The notes beneath the pieces were generated by a model. It was not told the DNA's origin. It ran no database searches and saw nothing but the letters and a program-made list of their open reading frames with translations. From NCBI GenBank assembly GCA_965277805.1, contig OZ255842.1, forward strand, positions 896,001-960,000: a stretch of DNA of 64,000 nt. Reading direction: 5' to 3'. Source of the DNA: Candidatus Lustribacter sp. GTDB taxonomy: Bacteria > Vulcanimicrobiota > Vulcanimicrobiia > Vulcanimicrobiales > Vulcanimicrobiaceae. The translations under genes were made by a program, and so were the position numbers. Within the stretch, counting starts at the first letter, position 1; each line of letters opens with the position of its first letter. This document shows, in pieces, positions 48,427-58,304 of the stretch.

Positions 48427-49935
48427 GTGAAACGCCGTCGCGCGCCCTCGGGTAAGGGAGACCCTGCCCGGGGCGCGTCCGGCGTGACCTATCCGCTCTC
48501 CCTGTGCATGATCGTGCGCAACGAAGAGCGATTTCTCGGCGACGCCCTCACCTCGGTGCAGGGCGTCGTTGATGAAATCTGCATCGTCGATACGGGATCG
48601 ACCGACGGTACCGTCGCGATCGCCGAATCGTTCGGTGCCCGCGTCAAGCACGTGACTTGGCGAGATGATTTTGCTTGGGCGCGCAATCAGGCGCTCGAGA
48701 TGGCAACCGGTGCGTGGATCTTCGTGCTCGATGCCGACGAACGGCTCGCACCGGAATCGCGCATCCAACTGCGCGGCGTGCGCGGGATGAAGCCGGCCGG
48801 CGAGGGCCTCTGGATCCGCTGCCGCAACTACACCGACGCCGAACGCGAGAACGTGGCATCGACCAACGCGATCGTGCGCGTCTTTCCGAACGATCCGGCG
48901 ATCCGCTATCGCGGCACGCTGCACGAATTCGTCGTGCGCGAGGGTGAAGACCGCCCGATCTCGGCCGAGCGGACCGCGATCGAGATCGTGCACCTCGGCT
49001 ATACGCACGCCGTCATGGTGTCCCGGGGCAAAGCCGAGCGCAACCTGCGCGTGAGCCGCGCCGCCTACGAAGCTGCGCCGTCCGATCCGATCCTGGTCTA
49101 CAACTACGCGATGTCGGCGTTGCTGGCAGGCGAGACGGCGCTCGCGCGCGTGCAACTCGAACGCGTTGCCGAACTGACTGCCGGCACGCCGCGCGGCTAC
49201 CGCCCGATGGCGCTCTCGAAGCTCGCCGGCCTTTACGTCGATGAGGGACGGCCCGGGGATGCGCTGCGCGTCGCCGACGAGTGCATCGGGCTCGTGCCGA
49301 CCTATCCTGACGGGCACTTCGCGCGCGGCCGCGCCTTGACCGGGCTCGGCCGCTACGACGAGGCGCGCAGCGCGTACGAGGAGTCGATCCGCTGCGGGCT
49401 GAGTACCGCGTTCGAGCATTTCGTCGTCGACGAAGAGATCGCGATCTGGAAAGCGCACAACGAGATCGGCGGAACGTTCGTTTTACAGCGCCGCTACGCC
49501 GAAGCGCGGGAGTGGCTCGAGCGCGCCTTAGCGGCGCACCCCGGCGAGCGTACCCTGATGCTCAATCTCGCGCGTTGCCGCGAATCCGCCGGCGATGCGG
49601 CCGAAGCGCGCGCGGTATTTTGCGCCGTGCTCGATGCTTTCCGCGACGAGAACGCCGCGATCGAGTACGTGAACTTCGTGTTCCGGCACGACTCGGCGGA
49701 CGGCGTGCTCGAAGCGGTCGAGGCGGCGCTGCCGTTTCTCGGCGACGACTACCACCGCGCGTTTCTCGCCTCGGCCGCGGCCGGGATGTTGCGCGAGAAC
49801 CGGCGCGACGACGCGTCCGCGCTACTGGAGCGCGTCCTCAGCGTGGGCGGCGAACCGGGTATCGGACGGGCCGTCATCAAGGCGCTCGCCGAGCACTATC
49901 GCCAGCCCGAACTCGACGCGATCCTCGTAGGCTAA
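48427..49935 (+). CDS. GT2 glycosyltransferase with TPR domain
   Basis: LSLCMIVRNEE, VDTGSTD, DDFAWARN, LDADE (DxD) and HLGY; TPR helices. Confidence 0.9.
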   Translation: MKRRRAPSGKGDPARGASGVTYPLSLCMIVRNEERFLGDALTSVQGVVDEICIVDTGSTDGTVAIAESFGARVKHVTWRDDFAWARNQALEMATGAWIFVLDADERLAPESRIQLRGVRGMKPAGEGLWIRCRNYTDAERENVASTNAIVRVFPNDPAIRYRGTLHEFVVREGEDRPISAERTAIEIVHLGYTHAVMVSRGKAERNLRVSRAAYEAAPSDPILVYNYAMSALLAGETALARVQLERVAELTAGTPRGYRPMALSKLAGLYVDEGRPGDALRVADECIGLVPTYPDGHFARGRALTGLGRYDEARSAYEESIRCGLSTAFEHFVVDEEIAIWKAHNEIGGTFVLQRRYAEAREWLERALAAHPGERTLMLNLARCRESAGDAAEARAVFCAVLDAFRDENAAIEYVNFVFRHDSADGVLEAVEAALPFLGDDYHRAFLASAAAGMLRENRRDDASALLERVLSVGGEPGIGRAVIKALAEHYRQPELDAILVG

Positions 49936-49936
49936 C

Positions 49937-51406
49937 GTGCGCGTCAGCGGGACCCCATTTTCGAGCGTCGAGCAGCTGCGCGAGATCGACGAGCGCATCG
50001 AGGCCGATCCCGATGATGCCGAGGTGCTGTTCGAACGCGCGCGCGCGCTCGACGACCTCGGGCGCGTCGTCGACGCCATGCACGCCTACAAAGCGGTGCT
50101 CGATGCGGAACCCAAGCACTTCGGCGCGCTCACCAATCTCGGCACGCTGTTTCTCGAACAGGGCATGGTCGAAGGCGCGACCGCCTCGTTCCATGCCGCG
50201 CTCGATAGCGATTGGGAAGATCCGCTCGGGCACTTGAACGTTGCGCTGCTCAACACGCACACCGGCGCCTACGAGGCCGCGCGCGGACACTTCGAGCGCG
50301 TGCTGCGGCTGTTTCCCGATGACGATCACGCGCGGCTGCACGCGCACAACGGGCTCTCGCGCGTCTACGAGCGCGAAGGCGACGACGAGCGTGCCGACGA
50401 GCATCTGCGGCTCGCGTTTGCCAAACCCGTCATCTGGACGTTCCCCTATCGCGGAACGGCGGAGCCCCTGCGCGTGGTCGTGCTCCAATCACCGCGCGGC
50501 GGCAACGTCATCAACAACCAGTTCTTCGACGACCGGCTGGTCGAGCGCAGCGTGGTCGTTCCCGAGGCTGCCGGCGCGGACTTTGCGTTTCCGCCACATC
50601 ACGTCGTGTTCAACGCCATTGGCGATCCCGACTCGACCCGCCGCACGCTCGAACGCGCGGCACAGCTCCTCACCGCAACGAACGCGCCGGTGATCAACGA
50701 TCCGCGGGCCGTGCTGCTCACCGACCGGCAGACGACGATGGAACGGCTGGCGGCGCTGCCCGGCGTGGCCGCGCCACGCACCCGGCGGTTCCGGCGCGAC
50801 GACATCAACGCGGACCGCCTGACCGCCGAAGGCTTCGCGTTTCCGCTCTTGCTGCGCTCGCCCGGATTTCACGCCGGCGATAACTTCGAACTCGTGACGG
50901 ATGCGGCGCAGTTGCCGGCCGCGCTTGCGGAGCTGCCGGGCAACGACCTCTACGCGATTGCATTCTACGATGCCCGCGCGCACGACGGCTGGGTGCGCAA
51001 GTATCGCGTCGTGTTCATCGACGGCCGCCCGTATCCGGTGCACCTCGCGATCGCGCAGCAGTGGAAGGTCCACTACTTTTCCGGAGCGATGGCCGAGTCG
51101 GCGGCGCATCGGGCCGAAGAGCAGCGCTTTCTCGACGGCATGGACGCCGTGCTCGGCGCCGGCGGGATGGCGACGCTCGGCGCGATCGGCGCGACGCTGC
51201 AGTTGGATTACGGCGGGGTGGACTTCGGCCGCGATCGCTACGGCCGCATCATCGTCTTCGAGGCGAACGCGACGATGGCGGTCTATCCGCCGCCCGACGA
51301 CGCGCTGTGGGATTACCGCCGCGCGGCGCACGCGAACGCGATTGCGGCCGTGCGCGCGATGCTCGTCGAGCGGGCCGTCAGGTCAGGCTATATCCGCTCG
51401 CGGTGA
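49937..51406 (+). CDS. TPR protein with C-terminal ATP-grasp-like domain
   Basis: N-terminal TPRs; VINDP, FPLLLRSPGFHAG, RKYRV and LDYGGVDFG..IVFEAN (ExN). Confidence 0.7.
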   Translation: MRVSGTPFSSVEQLREIDERIEADPDDAEVLFERARALDDLGRVVDAMHAYKAVLDAEPKHFGALTNLGTLFLEQGMVEGATASFHAALDSDWEDPLGHLNVALLNTHTGAYEAARGHFERVLRLFPDDDHARLHAHNGLSRVYEREGDDERADEHLRLAFAKPVIWTFPYRGTAEPLRVVVLQSPRGGNVINNQFFDDRLVERSVVVPEAAGADFAFPPHHVVFNAIGDPDSTRRTLERAAQLLTATNAPVINDPRAVLLTDRQTTMERLAALPGVAAPRTRRFRRDDINADRLTAEGFAFPLLLRSPGFHAGDNFELVTDAAQLPAALAELPGNDLYAIAFYDARAHDGWVRKYRVVFIDGRPYPVHLAIAQQWKVHYFSGAMAESAAHRAEEQRFLDGMDAVLGAGGMATLGAIGATLQLDYGGVDFGRDRYGRIIVFEANATMAVYPPPDDALWDYRRAAHANAIAAVRAMLVERAVRSGYIRSR

Positions 51407-52949
51407 TCAGCGGTTCGAGGTGGGCGGCGAAACGCTGCGCGCGTCCGATCGACGAATCGTAGAGCGGCTGGCGTACTTGAAAGGCGCTCGCGGTGCGCAC
51501 CGGCCGCCGGGCGGCCTGAAAGTCGAGGCACGCGTCGTCCCACGGCAACCCGCAGAAGGCGACGATGCGGCGCGCTGCCGGCTCGAGGTGAGCGATGACG
51601 TCCTCGTAGGTCACCTCGAGAAACCGGTCGGGCGGTAAGATCGCGCGCCAGCGCGTCATGAGCCGGTCGTAGGCGCTGTAGTAGCGGCCGAGCTCGGCCA
51701 GGTCGTACGAGAACGAGACGTACGAGCCGAGAAAGAGCGTTGCGTAACTCGAGAAGCACGTGTCGAGCCAGTTGCGGCGCACGTGGATCAGCCGCGCGTT
51801 CGGCAGCGCCATGTGAATGAGCGGTGCGAGCGTGAAGTTCGCCAGCGTCTTGTCGGTCAGCCGCGCCTTCCCGGCCGCAAGCTGCGCCGTCGCATCGAGA
51901 TAGCGGTCTCCGAGCGTACGCAGCGATGCCCCGACGGCCTCGGGCGGCGCGGCGGTGCCGACGCCCGGCCGCACCTCGGCGATCAGGCGGCCGAACTCCG
52001 CGCTCTCGCCGGCCGCGGCCACCTGCGGGTGAGCGGCCAGAATTTGTTCCACGAGCGTCGAGCCCGCGCGCGGCATGCTGAACACGAAGACCGGCTGTTC
52101 CGACGGATTGCCGTACGCGCGCAGCGACTCCACGAGCGGCGCGCCGATCGTGCGTTCGAGCGAGGTGAAGAAGCCCAGCTCGGCCGCCTCGTTGTAGTTC
52201 ACCGCGGCGCGCTTGAGCGCGTTCCCGGCGGTGAGTTCGCGGAATGCGTCGTCGTAGCGGCCGCCGTCTTCGTACGCTTTGGCGAGTCCGAAGTGGAGGT
52301 CGATCTGCGCCGCGCGGTTGCGCCCGCGGCCCTGCGTGCTCAAGGCCTCGAGTGCCCCGAGCCGTTCGGGTTCCAGCGGTCCCGAGCGGCTGCGCACGAG
52401 CTCCAAGTGGTAGTGGCTGTTGCCGGGATCGATCGCGATCGCGCGTTCGAACCACGTCACGGCCTCGTCGACCGCGCCGGCCTCGAGCAAGACGCGGCCC
52501 AGATTGCACGCCGCGTCGCCGAAGGCGGGGTCGATGGCGAGGGCCGCCCGGAACGCGGCCGCGGCGCCTTCAGCGTCGTTCTGCCGCGCGAGTACCGCTC
52601 CCAAACCGTTCTGCGGCGCAGCGTTGCGCGGCTCGATCTGCAGCGCGGCCTCGAAGGCCGCTCGCGCCTCGGGGAGCCGGCCCACGTCGAGCAGCGCGTT
52701 TCCCAGATGAAAGGCGATCGGAGCGGAACGCGGCAGGGCGGTGCGCGCACGCTCGAGGTAGGGCACCGCTTCGGCGGATCGGCCGAGTTCGGCGAGGCAC
52801 ACGCCGAGCAGGTCGAGGGCGTCGCCGAAACCGGGCCGCAGCTTGACCGCGCTGGTCAGCTCCGCCGCCGCCTCGTCCAGGCGCCCCTGCGCAAAGTGGG
52901 CGCGGCCGGCGTTGTGGTGGGCCTCCGCACCGCCGCGACGTTTTGCCAT
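51378..52949 (-). CDS. TPR-containing sulfotransferase
   Basis: Multiple TPRs; PAPS-loop-like SMPRAGSTLVEQILAAH, TDKT, RNWLDTCFS, YEDV and VRTASAFQVRQP. Confidence 0.9.
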   Translation of the reverse strand: MAKRRGGAEAHHNAGRAHFAQGRLDEAAAELTSAVKLRPGFGDALDLLGVCLAELGRSAEAVPYLERARTALPRSAPIAFHLGNALLDVGRLPEARAAFEAALQIEPRNAAPQNGLGAVLARQNDAEGAAAAFRAALAIDPAFGDAACNLGRVLLEAGAVDEAVTWFERAIAIDPGNSHYHLELVRSRSGPLEPERLGALEALSTQGRGRNRAAQIDLHFGLAKAYEDGGRYDDAFRELTAGNALKRAAVNYNEAAELGFFTSLERTIGAPLVESLRAYGNPSEQPVFVFSMPRAGSTLVEQILAAHPQVAAAGESAEFGRLIAEVRPGVGTAAPPEAVGASLRTLGDRYLDATAQLAAGKARLTDKTLANFTLAPLIHMALPNARLIHVRRNWLDTCFSSYATLFLGSYVSFSYDLAELGRYYSAYDRLMTRWRAILPPDRFLEVTYEDVIAHLEPAARRIVAFCGLPWDDACLDFQAARRPVRTASAFQVRQPLYDSSIGRAQRFAAHLEPLITASGYSLT

Positions 52950-53024
52950 ACAGCGCACAGTGTAGCATTCGCGGGCACGCCGGGCCGGGGAAGCGGCCGC
53001 CGGGGTGGAAGGCCTCCGGCAGCA

Positions 53025-53222
53025 ATGATCTCATTACGGCGTCTTAACAATCAGGCCATCATGGTCAACGCCGACCTGATCGAGAGCTTGGAGGCGACCC
53101 CGGACACCGTGGTCACGCTGACGTCCGGCAACAAGTTGCTCGTGCGGGACTCAATGGAAGAAATTCAGTCCAAGATCATTGAGTTCAAGCGCCGGATCTA
53201 CGGTCCGAAAGAGGTAGAGTAG
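53025..53222 (+). CDS. flbD: Flagellar FlbD/SwrD family protein
   Basis: MISLRRLN..VNADLIE.LEATPDTVVTLTSG.K. Confidence 0.92.
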   Translation: MISLRRLNNQAIMVNADLIESLEATPDTVVTLTSGNKLLVRDSMEEIQSKIIEFKRRIYGPKEVE

Positions 53223-53264
53223 AAGCCCGGCGTACAAGTCAACCGGGCCCTTCACTGTCTACCG

Positions 53265-53292
53265 TAATATCGGCGGCGTAGTTCGCCGATAT
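53265..53292 (+). promoter_or_regulatory. Sigma-28 promoter upstream of motA, embedded in an inverted repeat
   Basis: TAAT-N16-GCCGATAT; ATATCGGCG/CGCCGATAT arms. Confidence 0.7.
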
Positions 53293-53330
53293 AACGGTGA
53301 GTAGCGCGTTACCGTTAGAGGAACCGTCCG

Positions 53331-54158
53331 TTGGATTTAGCGACCGTCATAGGTATCGTTCTCGCACTTTGTTCGATCGCGATTTCGGCGTACATCGGTG
53401 ATGTCGACGTCTCGATTCTGTTCAAGAGGTACGAGGCGTTCATTCTGGTTTTTGGCGGTACGCTGGCCGCAACGATGATCTCGTTCCCGATGAAGACGTT
53501 CGTGCGCGGTCTGCGGACCGGGTTCGCGATGGCCTTCACCGAGCCGCAGTATCACGAACATGAGATCATCGCCAACCTCGTGACGTTCGCCGAAAAGGCC
53601 CGCCGCGAAGGTTTGCTCGCGCTCGAGAACGAGGCCGCGGAACTCGACGACGAGTTCATGCGCAAGGGCATTCAGCTGGTGATCGACGGCCGCGACGCCG
53701 ACATCATCCGCAAGATTTTGGAAACCGAAGTCCTCTTCGTGCAAGAGCGCAACGCGAAAGCGGAAGCGGTCCTGATGACGATGGGCGGCTTCTCGCCGAC
53801 GCTCGGCATCATCGGTACGGTACTCGGTCTGATCGCGATGTTGAAGGGGCTCGGCGACACCGCCGGCGGCAACGTCACCGGCAAGATCGGTATCGCGACC
53901 GCTCAAGCGTTCGTTGCGACGTTCTTCGGCATCTCGCTTGCGAACTTGCTGTGGCTGCCGCTCGGCGCGAAGGTGAAAGAACGCAACGGGCAACTGCTGC
54001 TGCTGCGCGAAATCATGATCGAAGGCATCCTCTCGATCCAGGCCGGCGACAACCCGCGTCTGCTCGAAGAGAAGCTCCACGCATTCCTGGATCCGAACGA
54101 ACGCGAGACCGAAGTCGAAGAGGGCGGCACGGTCGGCGAACCCGCGATGGCGAGCTAA
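53331..54158 (+). CDS. motA: Flagellar stator A subunit
   Basis: VFGGT, ARREGLLALE, PTLGIIGTVLGLI and GILSIQAGDNP. Confidence 0.95.
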   Translation: MDLATVIGIVLALCSIAISAYIGDVDVSILFKRYEAFILVFGGTLAATMISFPMKTFVRGLRTGFAMAFTEPQYHEHEIIANLVTFAEKARREGLLALENEAAELDDEFMRKGIQLVIDGRDADIIRKILETEVLFVQERNAKAEAVLMTMGGFSPTLGIIGTVLGLIAMLKGLGDTAGGNVTGKIGIATAQAFVATFFGISLANLLWLPLGAKVKERNGQLLLLREIMIEGILSIQAGDNPRLLEEKLHAFLDPNERETEVEEGGTVGEPAMAS

Positions 54159-54161
54159 ACC

Positions 54162-54935
54162 TTGGCACTGCGACGCGGGCTGGGCGCAAAGGGCGGCGGC
54201 GGCGGAGAGATGGAGTCGGCCGGCATGATGCGCTGGCTCCTGACCTACGCCGACATGATCACGCTCTTGCTCGCGCTGTTCATCATCTTGTTCTCGATCT
54301 CGACGATCAACAAAGTGAAGCTGCAGCGTTTGGTGCGCGATCTCGGCGGCGGTTTCAACAGCCAAGACGCGATCAACAACCCGCCCAACGGCATGACGAC
54401 TTCGGCGACCAAAGACGATCTGCAAGCAATGCAGGCCCAGCTGCAGTCGTATATTCAGAGCCAGAGCTTGCAAAAGTCGGTCCAGACGAAGATCACGCGC
54501 GACGGCAAAAAGCGCGAGCTGGTCATCACGCTGCTGAGCGACAAGCAACTCTTCGATAGCGGTAAGGCCGATATCAAGCCCTTCACGAAGAAGATCCTCG
54601 ACGAAGTCTACCGTCAGCTCAAGGGCCGCGCGAACGAAGTGCGCGTCGAAGGAAACACCGACAACGTGCCGATTTCCAACGAAAATTTTCCGAGCAACTG
54701 GGAACTCTCGTCGGCGCGCGCCACCGGCGTCGCCCGCTACTTCGTCGAAGACGACGGGCTGGCTCCGCGGCGCATCTCGGCGCTCGGGTACGGCGAGTAC
54801 CGGCCACGCGTTGCGAACGACACCGATGCCCACCGTGCCCAGAACCGGCGCGTCGACGTGGTCATCCTCGACACGGATGCGGCAACGAACGCGCAAGCCG
54901 CAGCCGAAGCGCAAGCGCTCGCCGGGGGACAATAA
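54162..54935 (+). CDS. motB: Flagellar stator B subunit
   Basis: WLLTYADMITLL; OmpA-like NWELSSARA..NRRV. Confidence 0.95.
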   Translation: MALRRGLGAKGGGGGEMESAGMMRWLLTYADMITLLLALFIILFSISTINKVKLQRLVRDLGGGFNSQDAINNPPNGMTTSATKDDLQAMQAQLQSYIQSQSLQKSVQTKITRDGKKRELVITLLSDKQLFDSGKADIKPFTKKILDEVYRQLKGRANEVRVEGNTDNVPISNENFPSNWELSSARATGVARYFVEDDGLAPRRISALGYGEYRPRVANDTDAHRAQNRRVDVVILDTDAATNAQAAAEAQALAGGQ

Positions 54936-54938
54936 CCC

Positions 54939-55925
54939 ATGTCCATGCTTTCTCAAGAAGAGATCGACGCGCTCGTCAATCAGCTCTCTTCTCCGGACGC
55001 CGACCAAGCATCGCTCGAAGGCCGTAAGGTCAAGTCGTTCGACTTCCGCTTCAACAAGCGGCTCGAGAAGTTTCAGTCCAACCAGCTGCAAACGCTGCGG
55101 ACGCTGCACGACAACTTCACGCGACTGCTCAACAACTCGCTCTCCGTCTACCTGCGCACCCGCGTCGAGGCCACGATCGTCTCGATCGAGCAGATCTCGT
55201 ACGGCGACTTCATCGCCTCGATCGGCATCCCGTCGATCCTTTCGATCTTCTCGATGGACCCGCTGGCCGGCTCGGGCATCGTCCAAGTCGACCTGAACCT
55301 CGCGTTCTCGATCCTCGACCGCCTGCTCGGCGGCCCGGGCTGGTATCCCACGAAGTTGCGCGACCTCTCGGACATCGAGCGCACGCTGATGCAGCGCTTC
55401 ATGGCCCGCATGCTCAACAGCTATCGCGAAGCCTGGAACTACCTGCTGACGCTTTCGCTGAAGATCGAAGCGCTCGACTCGAACCCGCAGTTCATTCCGC
55501 GTATCATCCCGCTCGACCAGATCGTCGCCTTCGTGTCGTGCGAGCTGAAGATCGGCGACATCGCGGGCGTGATGAACTTCGCCCTGCCCTACTCCGTTCT
55601 GCAGTCCATCGGGACGCAGCTGGCCGACTACCAGTGGTCGCCGTCGGTCGTGGCCGGCCGCGGCATGACCGAGGAAGACATCCTCCAACTCGCCCGCAAT
55701 GTCGAACGGGCCGGGGTGAACATGGAAGTCGAGCTCGGCCGGACCATCGTGTCCCTGCGCGACCTGGTGACCTTGCAGGTCGGCGACGTCGTTTTGTTCG
55801 ATAAACCGGTCAATGAACCGTTGTTGATGACGGTGAACGACCGTGAGAAGTATCGCGTGTATCCGGGCGTGAACAAGGACCGGGTCGCAGTGCAAATCGC
55901 GTCGGTCGTCGAGGACGAGGAGTAG
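54939..55925 (+). CDS. fliM: Flagellar motor switch protein
   Basis: LSQEEIDAL CheY-binding peptide, LDRLLGG.G, C-terminal SpoA domain. Confidence 0.95.
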   Translation: MSMLSQEEIDALVNQLSSPDADQASLEGRKVKSFDFRFNKRLEKFQSNQLQTLRTLHDNFTRLLNNSLSVYLRTRVEATIVSIEQISYGDFIASIGIPSILSIFSMDPLAGSGIVQVDLNLAFSILDRLLGGPGWYPTKLRDLSDIERTLMQRFMARMLNSYREAWNYLLTLSLKIEALDSNPQFIPRIIPLDQIVAFVSCELKIGDIAGVMNFALPYSVLQSIGTQLADYQWSPSVVAGRGMTEEDILQLARNVERAGVNMEVELGRTIVSLRDLVTLQVGDVVLFDKPVNEPLLMTVNDREKYRVYPGVNKDRVAVQIASVVEDEE

Positions 55926-55927
55926 TT

Positions 55928-56887
55928 TTGGCACAGAAAGACTCGTTGCAGCCGCTAGCTGGAGCGATGTTCGCTGCGGCGACGGGTGCGTTTTCTACCC
56001 TCGCGGGTATCGGCGCGACCGCCGGCGACCCGGAAATGGAGAGCGCGGACGGGTCGATCAAGGTCGAGCCGGACGTCGTCGCCACCCTCACGCGCATTCC
56101 GTCGACGGGTGTGGCGTTCGTCACACGGTTCGTCAAGGCCGATATCGGCGCCGTTGTAGCGCTCATGCTGGGCACCCCCGGCGATGACGCCGAGATGGAT
56201 GCCATGCAGCTCTCGATCGTCGCCGAGACGGTCGCCCAGATCGCCACGGCCATGGGCGAAGCCCTCGCGGGCGAGACCGGGGCCTCGAGCGACGGCGTGA
56301 CGTCGGAAGTCGTCAACGATGCGGGCGGGTTCCCCGTGCCGCCGTTCACCTCGTTCACCGCGCCGATCGCGGTCGGCGATTCGCTCAAGACGTCGGTCAC
56401 GATCGACTTCGACGGGCTGTCGCTCTCGAAAATGGACATCAAGCCGGCGGCCCCGAGTGCGCCGGCCGCCGCTCCGACCGGTGCGTCGGCTGCAGCCGAT
56501 GCCGCGGCCGCCATGGCCGCAGCGATGGCCGGACCGCCGTCGTCGGTTTCGCCGAGCCGTCAGCGCCCCGCGCCCGAAGGCCAGGCCGCGCAGTTCGCGC
56601 CGATGCAGCCCACCGGAATCCGTCCCGCCGCGCCCGGACAATCGAACCTCGACCTCGTTCACGACGTGCCGCTGGAGATCTCGGCCGTCCTCGGCCAGAC
56701 CGAACTCTCGCTGCGCGAAGTCGTCGCCATGGTTCCCGGCAGCGTGTTCGAGCTGGACAAGCTCTCGACCGAACCGATCGACCTGTATGTCAACAACATC
56801 TTGATCGCCCGTGGTGAAGTCGTTGTCGTCGACGACAAGTTTGCGGTGAAGATCAGCGAACTCAACCCCGTCGTCGATCGAATTTGA
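55928..56887 (+). CDS. fliN: FliN/FliY-like switch protein with degenerate CheC-like N-domain
   Basis: C-terminal NLDLVHDVPLEISAVLG..ARGEVVVVDDKFAVKI; about 170-aa N-domain and Ala/Pro linker. Confidence 0.85.
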   Translation: MAQKDSLQPLAGAMFAAATGAFSTLAGIGATAGDPEMESADGSIKVEPDVVATLTRIPSTGVAFVTRFVKADIGAVVALMLGTPGDDAEMDAMQLSIVAETVAQIATAMGEALAGETGASSDGVTSEVVNDAGGFPVPPFTSFTAPIAVGDSLKTSVTIDFDGLSLSKMDIKPAAPSAPAAAPTGASAAADAAAAMAAAMAGPPSSVSPSRQRPAPEGQAAQFAPMQPTGIRPAAPGQSNLDLVHDVPLEISAVLGQTELSLREVVAMVPGSVFELDKLSTEPIDLYVNNILIARGEVVVVDDKFAVKISELNPVVDRI

Positions 56888-56896
56888 ACGATCGCG

Positions 56897-57247
56897 ATGA
56901 ATATCGCGTTCGTACTGCAAGTCATTTGGGCGTTCGCCCTCGTCGCGCTGCTGCTGGTCGGGTTCATGTACGTGGCGCGCGCGATTCAACGCGGGCGCAT
57001 CGTCGGGAGCGTCGGCCGCCGGCTGATCTCCACCGTTGAATCGACGGCGCTGGCGCAAAACGTCACCGTCCACGTCGTGCGCGTCGGCGATAAGTATTTT
57101 CTGGTCGGCGGCGGCACCGCGGGCGTCGCGCTGCTCGCCGAGCTGGCGGCGGACGAGGTCGAGCCGTACATCGAGTCCCATCGGCTGGCGCTCGAGGCCC
57201 AGCGCTCGAGTTTGATGCGGCCGTTCGAGCGGTTCCGGAAATCATGA
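56897..57247 (+). CDS. fliO: Flagellar biogenesis protein
   Basis: Single [16 protein letters not shown]; precedes fliP. Confidence 0.8.
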   Translation: MNIAFVLQVIWAFALVALLLVGFMYVARAIQRGRIVGSVGRRLISTVESTALAQNVTVHVVRVGDKYFLVGGGTAGVALLAELAADEVEPYIESHRLALEAQRSSLMRPFERFRKS

Positions 57248-58038
57248 CGCGCCGCCATCTGCCCTGGCTCTTCGCCGGCCTCGCGGTGCTCTTCGTCGCG
57301 CTCGCGGCCGTCGTGCCGGCGTTCGCGCAAACGATCCCCGGCCCGACGGCGCCGTCGGTTCCGATCCCGCAAATAAACGTCGGCGTCACGCCGGCCACGA
57401 AGCCCTCGGACGTCGCGTTCTCGCTGCAGATCCTCTTGCTGCTGACGGTCTTGGCGCTGGCGCCGACGCTGCTCGTGCTGACGACCGCGTTCACGCGCAT
57501 CGTCGTCGTGCTCTCGTTCGTCCGCACCGCGCTCGGAACGCAGTCCAACCCGCCGAACCAAGTGCTGATCGGGCTCGCGATGTTCCTGACGTTCTTCGTA
57601 ATGGCGCCGGTGATCGAAGACGTCAACAAGAACGCGCTGCAGCCGTATCTCGGGCACAAGATCTCGCAGCAAGTCGCCTTCGACCGCGCCCAAAAACCCT
57701 TACGGGCCTTCATGTTCAAGCAAACGCGCGAGAAAGACATCGCCGTCTTCTACTCGATGACGAAGGAGCCGCGGCCCGCCAAGCAAGACGACGTGCCGAC
57801 CTATCTGCTGATTCCGGCCTTCACGATCAGCGAACTGAAAACGGCGTTCGAGATCGGCTTCGCGATCTACATACCGTTCATCGTCATCGACATGGTCGTG
57901 GCCTCGGTGCTGCTGTCGATGGGCATGATGATGATCCCGCCGGTGCTGATCTCGCTGCCCTTCAAGATCTTGATCTTCTTGCTCGTCGACGGCTGGAACC
58001 TCACCGTCAGCGCGCTATTCGCGAGCTTTAACAAATGA
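57244..58038 (+). CDS. fliP: Export gate protein
   Basis: [26 protein letters not shown] and [17 protein letters not shown]. Confidence 0.97.
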   Translation: MTRRHLPWLFAGLAVLFVALAAVVPAFAQTIPGPTAPSVPIPQINVGVTPATKPSDVAFSLQILLLLTVLALAPTLLVLTTAFTRIVVVLSFVRTALGTQSNPPNQVLIGLAMFLTFFVMAPVIEDVNKNALQPYLGHKISQQVAFDRAQKPLRAFMFKQTREKDIAVFYSMTKEPRPAKQDDVPTYLLIPAFTISELKTAFEIGFAIYIPFIVIDMVVASVLLSMGMMMIPPVLISLPFKILIFLLVDGWNLTVSALFASFNK

Positions 58039-58304
58039 CGTATGCGGCAGCGTTATCGTTGGGCCGCGATGCGATCGTGGTGGCGCTGCTCGTGTGCGGG
58101 CCCGCGCTCATCCTAGGCCTCGTCACCGGTCTGGTGATCTCGATCTTTCAGGCGACCACGCAGATCCAAGAACCGACGCTGACCTTCATTCCGAAGATCG
58201 TGGTGGTGGCGCTTGCGATCCTGTTCTTCGGGCCCTTCATGCTGGCGATGCTGACGGATTTCATGTCACGTGTCTTTAGCCAGATACCGCAATACGTGAA
58301 GTAA
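58035..58304 (+). CDS. fliQ: Export gate protein
   Basis: [17 protein letters not shown]. Confidence 0.96.
   Translation: MTYAAALSLGRDAIVVALLVCGPALILGLVTGLVISIFQATTQIQEPTLTFIPKIVVVALAILFFGPFMLAMLTDFMSRVFSQIPQYVK

Noticed and set aside
51783-53024. Long ORF apparently fused to flbD
   Set aside because: Antisense to the sulfotransferase gene; FlbD similarity starts at ATG 53025.
53337-55934. 865-aa minus-strand ORF and other long antisense ORFs (e.g. 60411-62237, 38169-39629, 41890-43287, 33444-34844)
   Set aside because: Shadow frames of well-supported genes in high-GC DNA, with no recognisable motifs.
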